Below, piece by piece: positions 40,354-50,190 of a DNA stretch of 64,000 nucleotides. The notes below the pieces were generated by a model, which did no database searches, was not told the origin of the DNA, and saw only the letters and a program-made list of their open reading frames with translations. A program made the translations under genes and the position numbers. Source of the stretch: Promethearchaeati archaeon SRVP18_Atabeyarchaeia-1 (GTDB taxonomy: Archaea > Asgardarchaeota > Atabeyarchaeia > Atabeyarchaeales > Atabeyarchaeaceae); contig CP147779.1 in assembly GCA_037308085.1 (NCBI GenBank), forward strand, positions 192,001 to 256,000. Reading direction: 5' to 3'. The number at the start of each line of letters is the position of its first letter. Position 1 is the first letter of the stretch.

Positions 40354-42267
40354 GTGCAAAGCTTGATTTCGGAGTTGAAGAATGCTGTCAAATCCCTGCT
40401 AGAAAAAGCGATTTCGAAGGCTGGGATCTCTGTGGAGTTCCCATTGGAAGAGACGATTGAGAAACCCCCTGATCCCAAGCTAGGCGATTTCACCTCAACG
40501 GTCGCTCTCAGACTCGCCAAGCAGATAAGAATGAAGCCAATCGAAGTGGCCAGAAAGATCTACGAAGGCATCCAGATTCCGAGGTCAGGCGGAGTTTTTG
40601 AACGGATCGAGGTCAAACCGCCTGGATACATCAACTTCTTCGTGAAATATCCGAATCTGGCAAAAATGACGATAGAAAGAGTAATTGAGCAAGGAGACAA
40701 GTATGGGTGGAACGAATCTGGTCAGGGCAGAAAGGTTCTTGTTGAACACACCTCAATCAACCCAACGAAACCATTGCATATCGGGCACCTGAGGAACGCG
40801 GTGATAGGAGACATCATTTCCAGGATCTACTCCGCCTGCAGGTGGAAAGTCGAAGTCGAGAACCTGATCGACGACATGGGCAGGCAAGTCGCCGTTCTGG
40901 TTTGGGGTCTAAAGAACAACGTTCACCTAGAAGTTCCTAGAGAAAATGATATGAAGCTTGACTTGTGGTACGGGCTCGTATACTCCAAGGCTGACTCAAG
41001 ACTAGTCGCCGAACCAAGTCTTGAGAAAGAGATCGAAGAAATAATGCGCGAGATGCACGATGAGACAAGTGAGACGTCAAGATTCGCAAGGACAGTTTCA
41101 GAGAAGTGCGTCGAGTCAAATCTCGAGACAACCTCAAGGATGGGCGTCTTCTACGACCTCTTGGTTTGGGAGAGCGACATTGGTCAAGCCGATGTTTGGG
41201 ACGAAGCCTTCCAGAAGTTGAAGAAGAGCCCAGAGCACTTTGGGATCGAAACCGAAGGAGAGTACAAAGGCTGCTTCGTGGCCAAACTAGGTCACTTGGA
41301 GGAATTCAAGGACCTAAAGAGCAGCGACAAGGTCATAGTCAGGTCGAATGGCGTCCCAACCTACATCGCAAGTGACATAGCCTATCAGATGTGGAAATTC
41401 GGGCTATTAGATACGGACATGATGTACAGGTTACATCATGTGCAACCTAGCGGGAGAGCACTCTGGACTACTTCGCCAATTTTGGCAATCAAAGAACACG
41501 AGAAGTTTGCACGCGCAGACAGAGTCGTAAACGTAATAGGATACGAACAGAACTACCTGCAACAGATCATACGTTCATGCCTGAAGTTGCTGGGGCACGA
41601 GAGGGAATCCGACAACTCGATTCACTTATCATACAAGCATGTCGAAGTTGCCGGCGGACGATTCTCGGGAAGATCAGGTAACTGGTTTGGCTTCCACGCG
41701 GACGCCGTCGTGAATAGGACCATGATTCAAGCATATGAGCAGGCCTGCAAGAATTGCCCTGAACTCCCAGAATTAAAGAAGAGAGAGATTGCCGAAATTA
41801 TAGGCGTTGGAGCCGTTAGATACTGGCTGACGAAGTTTAAGCTTGACCAGACAATAATATTCGACTACGACAAGGTAACCGACTTCAACGGCGAAACTGG
41901 ACCATACATCCAGTATGCGGCCGTCAGGGCCAATAGTATTGTCCAGAAGGCAGGTGGAGAGAAGTCAATTGATCTTGGCAGGGTTAATTTTGAGATACTT
42001 AAAGGCGACACGGACATAGAACTTGTCAAGGAGATCATGGCCTTTCCCGATACCTTGGACGAGTGCGTCAGGAGCCACTCACCGAACACATTAGCAAGCT
42101 ACACGTACGGTTTAGCAGTGAAGTTCAACAAGTTCTATGAGAAGCGCCCAGTATTGACCGCCGGAGACGAAGAGAGGAGAGCACGGCTCGCGCTCGTGGC
42201 TGCCTCGAAGCAAACACTACTCAACGCCCTTAGTTTGCTTGGGATACAGGTTCCAGAGCAGATGTGA
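40354..42267 (+). CDS. argS: Arginine--tRNA ligase
   Basis: GYINF, VEHTSINPTKPLHIGHLRNA, RSNGVPTYIASDIAY, GETGPYIQYAAVRA, C-terminal PEQM. Confidence 0.98.
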   Translation: MQSLISELKNAVKSLLEKAISKAGISVEFPLEETIEKPPDPKLGDFTSTVALRLAKQIRMKPIEVARKIYEGIQIPRSGGVFERIEVKPPGYINFFVKYPNLAKMTIERVIEQGDKYGWNESGQGRKVLVEHTSINPTKPLHIGHLRNAVIGDIISRIYSACRWKVEVENLIDDMGRQVAVLVWGLKNNVHLEVPRENDMKLDLWYGLVYSKADSRLVAEPSLEKEIEEIMREMHDETSETSRFARTVSEKCVESNLETTSRMGVFYDLLVWESDIGQADVWDEAFQKLKKSPEHFGIETEGEYKGCFVAKLGHLEEFKDLKSSDKVIVRSNGVPTYIASDIAYQMWKFGLLDTDMMYRLHHVQPSGRALWTTSPILAIKEHEKFARADRVVNVIGYEQNYLQQIIRSCLKLLGHERESDNSIHLSYKHVEVAGGRFSGRSGNWFGFHADAVVNRTMIQAYEQACKNCPELPELKKREIAEIIGVGAVRYWLTKFKLDQTIIFDYDKVTDFNGETGPYIQYAAVRANSIVQKAGGEKSIDLGRVNFEILKGDTDIELVKEIMAFPDTLDECVRSHSPNTLASYTYGLAVKFNKFYEKRPVLTAGDEERRARLALVAASKQTLLNALSLLGIQVPEQM

Positions 42268-42278
42268 GAGAATGTTAT

Positions 42279-43571
42279 GGTTCTGTTACCTCTGCGGTTA
42301 ATAGCTGCTTGAGGTGACTTCTCCGCTTCTGCTCCCCGTCTTGTTTAAGGATCGGATCACAGCTACATGGGCGGAGCGATCCAACCTGAACCGCAGGCCT
42401 TCATCCTGGTTTTCCAACAGGTTTAAGCAGGCGTTTAGATGCCGATCTATCCTGCAACACTCTAGGATCTTTGCTTTCGGGTCTACCATGGCCCACCCAC
42501 ATACCGCGCAGACCCTGGAAGTGTTCCAAGGACTCACTTCAACGACTCTGCCTCCCTCCCAGAGAGCCTTGTACTCGATGTAAGTTTGTAGCCTCCTGAA
42601 GCTCCACGAGTTCAGCCTCCGCTTCATCTTCCTGGAGTACTTGCTTACCTTCTGAATTCTACCGTTGAAAATATTGACGCCTAAGACTTTCTTATTAATT
42701 GTCCTGCGGATATGTTTAAGGTCTTCGAGAATAATGCCTTGCTCTCTGGTTTTTGCTTGCTTCACTATGGCTGAGCTCACCTGGTGCAGAATTGTTTTGA
42801 CCTTGTTGTTCTGATTGGTGAACCAGTCTCTCTGTATCTTCTTCGCTACCCGTCTATCCTTCACGTACTTGGCTTGGACCCTTCGCACCCGCCCAAAGTA
42901 TCCGTGCCTAACCTCTGAAACCCTTGATAAGTCATGGCTTTCAAAGACCAATTCTCCGCTTTCATTCACGCCGCCTCCATCGATTGATCGCTCATTCGTG
43001 TCATACGCCACATAACTCTTCGGTTCGGTAGCTTCAACGGTCTTGGAGAAGACCACCGATACCATGCAAGTAGTCAAGGTTATTGAGCCCAACTTGAGCG
43101 TAGCATCCGATAGGAGCCGCGCTGCTCTCTTGTGCAGGGGACGTAGAAGTACTCTCTTGGCTTGATTGGGATTCTCAGGTTGCCGTCAACAACTTTGTAG
43201 GCTTGGTTTCCCAGTTTGGCCGTGAGCTTCGTGGCTCTCGGCACTCGAACATTCTGATGCCTTCTCTTCGCTTTCCGGTAGTTCTTCAAGATGGGGGTGG
43301 CAACCTCGATGGCGGAGAGGCTGTACCAGGTGTGGAGACCGAGACCATTTAGCTGGTGGTATGTCTCGCTCTGCAGTCTTAGCCTGCAGGTCACATTCTT
43401 CTCTAGACCGACGCGGATGCAGTGGTTGACCATGCTCCTGAAGGCTTCAAGGAGACTAAGAACACCGCTTCGAGGCTCGTATGATATCTGCACCCCGCCT
43501 TAACTGCCTGCATGGAGCTGAACAACCCAAAACTCTTATTTAAGCTCACCAACCGAAGAGGTAACTGAGCC
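42279..43571 (-). mobile_element. 1293-bp non-autonomous element with IS6-like 21-bp TIRs and an 8-bp TSD, carrying tnpB
   Basis: Inverted termini GGTTCTGTTACCTCTGCGGTT (42279-42299) and the reverse complement of 43551-43571, GGCTCAGTTACCTCTTCGGTT, match at 18/21. Flanks AATGTTAT / AATATTAT match at 7/8. Confidence 0.82.
42298..43513 (-). pseudogene. tnpB: TnpB RNA-guided endonuclease, frameshifted
   Basis: RuvC-I VAYDTNE, RuvC-II IILEDLK, SWSFRRLQTYIEYKA, TSRVCAVCG, DRHLNACLNL; frameshifts near 43495 and 43138. Confidence 0.88.
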
Positions 43572-43645
43572 AATATTATTAAGTGTTGAGCCTACTCCAC
43601 TAGGTACTGCGAATGAGCCTGCTTGCCGCATGCGTCTGGATGTGT

Positions 43646-43740
43646 GGGCCCGTGGCCTAGTCAGGATAGGGCGCCGGCCTTCGACCTTGTTCCTGGAAGA
43701 CAGCCGGGGGTCGTGGGTTCAAATCCCTCCGGGCCCGCCA
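43646..43740 (+). tRNA. tRNA-Arg(TCG) with a 17-nt canonical intron (43685-43701)
   Basis: Same body as tRNA-Arg(CCG); stem CCGGC/GCCGG; BHB helix CTTC/GAAG; encoded CCA. Confidence 0.95.
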
Positions 43741-43921
43741 ACGAGTCTGCGCAATTACGGTTTGTAATACCCTTTGGGGAATTGATTACTGGGCGTCATT
43801 GCGTTGACGTTCTCGAGATTCCTCCTGAAGAAGAATTAAATATGAGGAGGAGTAATCGGTCAAGTGGGGAATCGAAGTTTGTCGTCTCTCTTTTTGGTTT
43901 TGCCAGGGAGGTATTCTTCTA

Positions 43922-45139
43922 ATGCCTAAGATGTCAAAGCTACTTGCAAACATCAAGACATCAGCAATCCGCAGAACTGCTGCTTGGCTTGCACTAGCAA
44001 AAGACAAGAAGGAAATCATAAGTTTCGGCGGAGGAGCACCTAGCCTTCCACCGCCGTCTGAGCTTGTGCAGAAACTCAGAGAAGCCTTGAATGATCAATG
44101 GAAGCCTTTTGCCTATGGTGGGACTCGTGGCACACCTGAGTTGCGCGAGGCAATAGTCAGGGACCTGTACAAGTATGGGAAGGTCCGGCTTGATGGACCT
44201 GACAATATCATAGTAACCCATGGTGGAACAGAAGGCATCTTCGCCGGACTGGGGGCGATTCTTGATCCAGGTGATGAGGTAATACTTGCTGATCCAACTT
44301 ACCTGGGGTATCCCGAGGTTCTTAAGATAATGAATGCAAGGGCAGTCACCTTGCCAGTAAGTGTTGATGAAGGCTTCCAGCCAAAGGTTGAGACCTTGAA
44401 GAAGAAGATCACTAAACGAACCAAGGCCTTTGTGCTGCTCTCACCGGACAATCCGACGGGTCGTGTAATAAGACCTGAAATAGCAAAAGCGATAGTCGAC
44501 CTTGCATGCGATCATGACTTCTGGATCGTTTGCGATGACGCTTACAAGCACACGATCTTCGAGGGTAGTCATACTTGGGCTAGCACACTCCCAGGCGCCG
44601 AGGATCGCACGCTCACAATCTGTAGCTTCTCCAAGGAGGCCTCTATACCGGGACTTAGACTTGGATACTCCTATGGCAGTACGGAAATAATAGATGCGAT
44701 GGAGAAGTACGCGCAGTACCTGTCCCTTTGCCCCGAGAGCCTTGCCCAAATTGCGGTTACGGGTTACTTGGCGGATCCGAAGGCCAAAGATAGATACCTC
44801 ACCGAGGAGGTGATTCCGACCTACAAACAAAGATGTGACGCTATGGGCATGTTCATCGAGAAGTACCTCCCAGAAGCCCGAACATCAAAGCCTCAAGGAG
44901 CCTTCTACTACTTCGTGGACTTCGGAAGTTACTTGAGTGAAGCAGGGTTGAATGAAGAGGAGTTTGTTGACGAACTTAGGTTGAAGAAGAGCGTCATAGT
45001 AATACCGGGAAGAGTCTTCGGAGAGAATGGAAAGAACCATGTTCGGATGACCTTCGTATCTGAGACAGATAAAAGAATTGAAGAGGGAATAAAAAGAATA
45101 AGTAGCTTCCTAAAAGAGAAGTCCGATCAAAAGAGCTAG
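43922..45139 (+). CDS. PLP-dependent aminotransferase class I/II
   Basis: SFGGGAP, G.PELREAI, SPDNPTG, DDAY, SFSKEASIPGLRLGY. Confidence 0.93.
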   Translation: MPKMSKLLANIKTSAIRRTAAWLALAKDKKEIISFGGGAPSLPPPSELVQKLREALNDQWKPFAYGGTRGTPELREAIVRDLYKYGKVRLDGPDNIIVTHGGTEGIFAGLGAILDPGDEVILADPTYLGYPEVLKIMNARAVTLPVSVDEGFQPKVETLKKKITKRTKAFVLLSPDNPTGRVIRPEIAKAIVDLACDHDFWIVCDDAYKHTIFEGSHTWASTLPGAEDRTLTICSFSKEASIPGLRLGYSYGSTEIIDAMEKYAQYLSLCPESLAQIAVTGYLADPKAKDRYLTEEVIPTYKQRCDAMGMFIEKYLPEARTSKPQGAFYYFVDFGSYLSEAGLNEEEFVDELRLKKSVIVIPGRVFGENGKNHVRMTFVSETDKRIEEGIKRISSFLKEKSDQKS

Positions 45140-45168
45140 TGAAGCGGCAGCTGACATCTCCGTAGGCA

Positions 45169-46392
45169 CTAGAATCTGACTGGAGATAGGAGCATGATCA
45201 ATGGACCTTGCTTTAGATTCCTTGACTCTTCTCTGACTTCTTCCGAAATTGTCTTGAGCAGCTGATAATGCTCATCAACACTGTCGACTGCAACATCGTG
45301 GTAGAGCGCAATGGTGTGCAATATTCCTTCTCTGGCAAGAAACTGTATTACTATCGGGTTTATCGAGTACTCGTTTTGACTTGGATTGTTTGGGGTCATG
45401 ACTATTCTTCTGCTTTCGGGGGTAGCTCTTAACTTGGAGGCTGCCCAGGCTATTTGATTCATGGTTTCGAGTTCGCCTTCGTCATTCTTTCCTTCAAACT
45501 GCATTAATGCTCCTCCAAGTCTTCCATGATCTAGTGCTACCCTCGTACGCAAACCTGTCGCTCTTTGCGCCTTGGTCGGCTGCGATTTGAGACACACGTG
45601 CAAAGCTACTTTGTCTAATGAACGAGAATAGTCTTCTACGACTCTTTGGACGGCAACAGAGCACCTTTCTTTGTCGGTTATGCCTCGAAGCACAGGACCG
45701 AAGATTGTTGAGGCGTTTTCCGCTGGTTTTTGGTTGGATGAGGAATAAGAGGATTTGAATCGCTCCTTTATTTCGTCAAGGGATGTGTGATATAAGTGCG
45801 CCGAACCAGACACAGTTAGTACATCACCACGTGCGGAGGACCCGCCATAATGCGCAGCAACTTCCGTTAGGAAGACGGCATAGCTTCCTGAGACATCTTC
45901 AGACCAGGCCCTCGCGATGTCATTGCTCCGAATATAATCTATTATGTTTATTTTCTCGTTCACTTTCTGGAAGGCCACTATGTCGATGCAGGGGGGATTT
46001 GGACTCCTTGAGTCTTCTATTGGATTCCAGAGCTGTGCAAAAGCTACGTTGCCGCTTCTCTTCAAGCTGTCAACTACGTGCTGAATTTGGTTGAACCCAA
46101 ATCTCTTCTTCATGCACCAGCCGTAGGTATAGGTATGCTCCCCTTTTTCGGAGGATGAGTACTGTGGCCAGTACTGGTGTTCGATTACGTCAGGCGACAG
46201 ACCGATGTAGTTCCGCGGAGTAATGGCGCCCGTTCTCCAGTCGGTTAGATGAGCAATCCCGCAGATACATTCTAGTGTCTTTTGCCTTTTCCCTTCAGTA
46301 TACACCATTGAGCCCTTCTCGGAGATAGTGCCGACCATTGAACGCCAAGCCGAGTCGATGTTTCTGCTTCGGGTCATGAACGGACCATACAT
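45169..46392 (-). CDS. Thymidylate synthase-like protein with a second, degenerate TS-like domain
   Basis: YTYG...NQI, LWNP, PPC catalytic Cys, RSND, SAHLY; the C-terminal half has QIAWAASKLRATPESRR without the Cys. Likely start is ATG 46392 behind AGGAGG. Confidence 0.78.
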   Translation of the reverse strand: MYGPFMTRSRNIDSAWRSMVGTISEKGSMVYTEGKRQKTLECICGIAHLTDWRTGAITPRNYIGLSPDVIEHQYWPQYSSSEKGEHTYTYGWCMKKRFGFNQIQHVVDSLKRSGNVAFAQLWNPIEDSRSPNPPCIDIVAFQKVNEKINIIDYIRSNDIARAWSEDVSGSYAVFLTEVAAHYGGSSARGDVLTVSGSAHLYHTSLDEIKERFKSSYSSSNQKPAENASTIFGPVLRGITDKERCSVAVQRVVEDYSRSLDKVALHVCLKSQPTKAQRATGLRTRVALDHGRLGGALMQFEGKNDEGELETMNQIAWAASKLRATPESRRIVMTPNNPSQNEYSINPIVIQFLAREGILHTIALYHDVAVDSVDEHYQLLKTISEEVREESRNLKQGPLIMLLSPVRF

Positions 46393-46435
46393 TCCTTGTC
46401 GCCTCCTTCTAGTCGCGCCTGAGTCAAGCAAAGGC

Positions 46436-47968
46436 TCAGCTTTGCTTGCCGCCACCGAGTACGTCATAGTAGGGGTGCGGTCTGTGAGGGAGTACACCAA
46501 GCGTCTTGTATACCTCATCGGCAACTGCAACTTGGCATGCTGCTACGCTCGGGAAGATCCTTGTGGCATTCTTGATCGGACCATACATGTTCATGTCGAC
46601 TCCGAAAATTGTGGGAAGAGTGTAATCGAAGCTGAACTCAATGTCTTTTCGTTCCAGTTGAATAGAGTGCAGATTATGTATGCCTATGGCTGTGGGAAAC
46701 CCAAGCCGGCTTTTTATAATCCATGCCTTTTCAAGCGCGCTCAACGCGCCTCCGCCTAGCCTTGGGACTCCTGGATCGATAATTGGCCTGTGCACGATTT
46801 CACCGAAGTACTTCAGAATTTGGGCTGCCTTCTTTATCGAATCTTCCGCCGACTCGGTATAGGATAAGCAGATAGCGTACTCTGCCCCTCCTATGTTCTT
46901 GAGAGCATTGTATTCCTCTCTGCTTGGAGCCATGAGAGAGTTGTAGATTACCCTTTTTTCGACTCCTATGTCTTTGGCGATTTTCAAGCCATGGACGCGT
47001 GTGTCCATGGAGCTGGAGTCGATGATAATCGGTGAATCAGTATGGTCGACGGTGAACAGTATGTATCTCTCAATAGCCTCGACAGTCTGTCCGACGATAT
47101 GAACTATCACAGGAATGCTATAGTGGATCGACAGTTCGTCCTGTCGGTATATGAAATCTGCAGCGGCTTTCTGGTCGAAACCCCCTTTTCTCGGTTCTGT
47201 GACGATCTTGTCCTTGGTGTAGAAGATCGTCCCCGCCATGGCTGTAGGATATTCCCCTCTCTGCCCTCCGATCTTTAGTCCGCACAGGTCGTAGACTTGG
47301 GGACTTACCTCAGAAAATGTGAACATTGATCCTAATGAACTTCTTGTCTTCTGCTTGCTTCCCTTGATCTTCTTAACATAGCGGCTGACTGCTTTCTCCC
47401 AGTCGTTCAGTCCCTTTGGCTCAGGGGGAAAGATCGGCTCCATCTTCAGGGAAATTGGGTCCGTTCTTGCAGATAACTCGTCAACTTTCATGCAGATCTT
47501 TTCAAGCGATGTCTCATTGATCATGTCGACGACTAAAACTACTTGCTGTCGGAATCGAGTAACGTATTTCGACGGCTCGTCTCCCCTGAAATAGGTGGGT
47601 AGAAGAGTGGGAATCGTGCCATTGCTGCCTATGACAACATGTTTCTCACTCAGACCGTTCGAATGAAGAGCAATCAACGTTTGTCCGGGTTCGTGACCTC
47701 TAACTCGTTCACCACAGACTAGCAGGTACATGATATGCGGATTAGATATGATATTCTGAACTATCTTTGCTATTCCCTCGTTCTCAGTCTCGCAGAATCC
47801 AGAGATGGCAACTTTTTCGCCTCTGGCTCCTACGATCTTCTTTGGCAAATCATAGGATCCACAAGTCATGACGGCAATCCTCGCATCTGGATTACCGAGG
47901 GAATAGTCGCCCGCCAGCGGTGGCCACTTTCCTTGCTTCTTGGAATGATGATCCTTATCGCTTTCCAT
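46436..47968 (-). CDS. MtrA-MtrH fusion (corrinoid protein plus pterin methyltransferase)
   Basis: MtrA: WPPLAGDY, ETENEGI...ISNPHI...CGERVRGHEPGQ with the His ligand. MtrH: IGGQRGEYPTAMAGTIFY, IIDSS, IYNS, GIHN, YGPI. Confidence 0.88.
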   Translation of the reverse strand: MESDKDHHSKKQGKWPPLAGDYSLGNPDARIAVMTCGSYDLPKKIVGARGEKVAISGFCETENEGIAKIVQNIISNPHIMYLLVCGERVRGHEPGQTLIALHSNGLSEKHVVIGSNGTIPTLLPTYFRGDEPSKYVTRFRQQVVLVVDMINETSLEKICMKVDELSARTDPISLKMEPIFPPEPKGLNDWEKAVSRYVKKIKGSKQKTRSSLGSMFTFSEVSPQVYDLCGLKIGGQRGEYPTAMAGTIFYTKDKIVTEPRKGGFDQKAAADFIYRQDELSIHYSIPVIVHIVGQTVEAIERYILFTVDHTDSPIIIDSSSMDTRVHGLKIAKDIGVEKRVIYNSLMAPSREEYNALKNIGGAEYAICLSYTESAEDSIKKAAQILKYFGEIVHRPIIDPGVPRLGGGALSALEKAWIIKSRLGFPTAIGIHNLHSIQLERKDIEFSFDYTLPTIFGVDMNMYGPIKNATRIFPSVAACQVAVADEVYKTLGVLPHRPHPYYDVLGGGKQS

Positions 47969-48081
47969 GGCTTAGTTCAGACCTACAGAGAAATATATAA
48001 GTATGCACTTCAACCACCATCTAAAGAGCGTGGGATCCAATAACCTATAACATGGTACCCGGTGGAGAGGAGATCTTAGAA

Positions 48082-48222
48082 ATGCCTGACAGGAAAATGA
48101 AGCAAAACCTCATGGAACTGAAGAGTTTGAGATATAGAGCGCATCCACATCTGTATGACAAGAAGGTTGCCGAGAGGAAAGTACGGCTACGGAAGCTAGT
48201 CAGGCACTTGAAGGAAGAGTGA
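48082..48222 (+). CDS. Small basic hypothetical protein (46 aa)
   Basis: MPDRKMKQNLMELKSLRYRAHPHLYDKKVAERKVRLRKLVRHLKEE behind a GGAGAGGAG RBS; below the ORF-track cutoff. Confidence 0.5.
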   Translation: MPDRKMKQNLMELKSLRYRAHPHLYDKKVAERKVRLRKLVRHLKEE

Positions 48223-48286
48223 TCAAGGGCTGTAACCTGAGGTTCATGTGTCTCTCCAGATCCTTTGTTATGAAGCCCCTTGTTTC

Positions 48287-48988
48287 TCAGTTCTTGCCGA
48301 TTCTTCTGCTTGGAAGGCCTATTGCCCGTTCGTACTCGTACACGGCCCTTGAAGCCACAACCCATGTCTCTAGCATTGATTTGTCTATCGAGATCCTACG
48401 TTGCGCAAGCTTCGTATTTTCTTCTGTCAGATGCCCGTGTGCGAATCCTCCGATTACTATGGCAGGTCTGCTCTCTTCTGACAAGTGGCGCATGGTGTCT
48501 TCGACAGTCGCTGGCTCTCCAATTCTCGTGAACAGAGTCACGCTTGATGGATCAAGTTGTTTTATCAGATTGGGCATAGTGCCTCTTTCGAGCTTGAGAA
48601 GTGGCTTCTCAGAGGATGGAGGAACTTTGCCTGCATCAAACAGCTGGCTCATTAGACCCGTGAACCTATTGTAGACCCTGGGTAAACGAGTAGATGAGTC
48701 AACTGAAATCACATAGTCGTCTCTTGTGTGAATGCAGACTCTCATCAGATTCTCTTTGCAGAGGGGAGAACCTAGGACTGAGAGAAGCGTAATGTGAACG
48801 ATATCTGGGCGCCCTCGCCTAGTTTGATCAGGAAGACCGTTTATTAGTTGGTGATGGATTGAGGCGTCCAACAGCATACTGCTCACCTTCAAGCCCCTCT
48901 TCCTGGCTTGCCTGATTATGATCGGATTAGAGCGGAGTGGTGGAGGTATGACTTCAAGACTAGACTCACCTAGAATAAGGGTTATCAA
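48287..48988 (-). CDS. nep1: rRNA pseudouridine N1-methyltransferase Nep1/Emg1
   Basis: LILGESSLE, RRGRPDIVHITLL, TRLPRVYNRFTGLMSQL, IGGFAHGH. Confidence 0.93.
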   Translation of the reverse strand: MITLILGESSLEVIPPPLRSNPIIIRQARKRGLKVSSMLLDASIHHQLINGLPDQTRRGRPDIVHITLLSVLGSPLCKENLMRVCIHTRDDYVISVDSSTRLPRVYNRFTGLMSQLFDAGKVPPSSEKPLLKLERGTMPNLIKQLDPSSVTLFTRIGEPATVEDTMRHLSEESRPAIVIGGFAHGHLTEENTKLAQRRISIDKSMLETWVVASRAVYEYERAIGLPSRRIGKN

Positions 48989-49209
48989 ACATTGGTCCCT
49001 CCTTTTGTTGACATGCCGACTCAGTAACACTGATCCTAGATATATCCATGAAAACGCAATGTTACTTACAGAGAGCAACTATTTAAATTAGGTTTCCTAC
49101 ATCAGGTTTGGAAGGGCACTACTGCGCGCGATGATCAGTTTCCTACAATATTCAAACTGAGCGTTGAACGAGGTTGAGTTAAGACTGCGATTGCGCCTCA
49201 GGATCATAC

Positions 49210-49572
49210 TTGGCAACAATGGAGTACGTGACTAAGATGACGAAGAAGTATAGGTCAAGGTCTTCTATGCGGGATAGGTTCCTTTTCAAGGACATTGCCA
49301 AGGACAGGGTAAAGCGACTTCTTTCAATGGCAGAGGAGACTGTTCGAATTAGCCCTAACCTGTCTAGGGAATATGTTTCTCTGGCCATACGAATAGGAAT
49401 GAAATGTAGAGTCCGGCTTCCCAAAAACTGGAAGTGGAGGATATGCAAGGGGTGCAATACGCTCCTGTACCCTGGAGTAAATTGCTCCGTGAGAATCGGA
49501 TCTAGGCGGCAATGTCACCTCATCACGCGTTGTCTGAGTTGTGGCAGAATCTCCAGGAGAAATATCAAGTAG
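49210..49572 (+). CDS. rnp4: RNase P protein component 4 (Rpp21)
   Basis: IAKDRVKRL, REYV.LA, ICKGC..LYPG, CLSCG..RR. Confidence 0.92.
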   Translation: MATMEYVTKMTKKYRSRSSMRDRFLFKDIAKDRVKRLLSMAEETVRISPNLSREYVSLAIRIGMKCRVRLPKNWKWRICKGCNTLLYPGVNCSVRIGSRRQCHLITRCLSCGRISRRNIK

Positions 49573-49665
49573 GGATCTCTCTTTAGAGACCTTTAGCTAT
49601 AGGCAGATTTATAAATCACGTGCGGCATTGCATTTCTCGAACTTCCCTAACATGAGCTGCTAACT

Positions 49666-49702
49666 GTGATGAACTTACCTGATGATAACATCGACTGGCT
49701 GA
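49666..49702 (+). ncRNA. Candidate compact box C/D sRNA
   Basis: GTGATGA ... CTGATGA ... CTGA in the intergenic region upstream of rps19e. Confidence 0.4.
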
Positions 49703-49728
49703 ACTTAGTATAAACGCGGTGATTATAG

Positions 49729-50190
49729 TTGTCAACCGTTTACCTAGTCCCAGCAAACGATTTCGTAAAGGCTTTGTCAGAGGAACTGAAGAAGGGCTAT
49801 GCTGAGTCCATCAAACCACCACCTTGGGCCGACTTTGTGAAGACTGCTGTCTACAAGACAAGCCAGCCTACACAGCGGGAGTGGTGGTACATTCGTTGCG
49901 CTTCTGTACTCAGAAAAATATATTTGAAGAAAATCATAGGCGTATCTCGCCTAAGGGTTGAGTATAGAGGTCCACAAACGAGGGGTGAAGGACCAATCCA
50001 TTCCAGAAGGGGTGGCGGTTCGATTCTCAGGAAGATGCTACAGGAACTTGAGACTGCCAGTCTTGTCGAGAAGAATGAGTCAAAGGGAAGAAGGCTAACA
50101 CCAAAGGGAGTCTCTCTTCTCGACCGCGTGGCGCACAAGGTAAGGTCTTCTCTGCAGAAGGAAGAGATCCCAGACTTGAAGAAGTACTGA
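49729..50190 (+). CDS. rps19e: 30S ribosomal protein S19e
   Basis: PPPWADFVKT, WWYIRCASVLRKIY, GSILRKMLQELE, GRRLTPKGVSLLD. Confidence 0.97.
   Translation: MSTVYLVPANDFVKALSEELKKGYAESIKPPPWADFVKTAVYKTSQPTQREWWYIRCASVLRKIYLKKIIGVSRLRVEYRGPQTRGEGPIHSRRGGGSILRKMLQELETASLVEKNESKGRRLTPKGVSLLDRVAHKVRSSLQKEEIPDLKKY

Noticed and set aside
39487-43740. tRNA-Arg copies as attL/attR of an integrated element
   Set aside because: Both are complete genes with different anticodons, they enclose essential argS, and no integrase is present.
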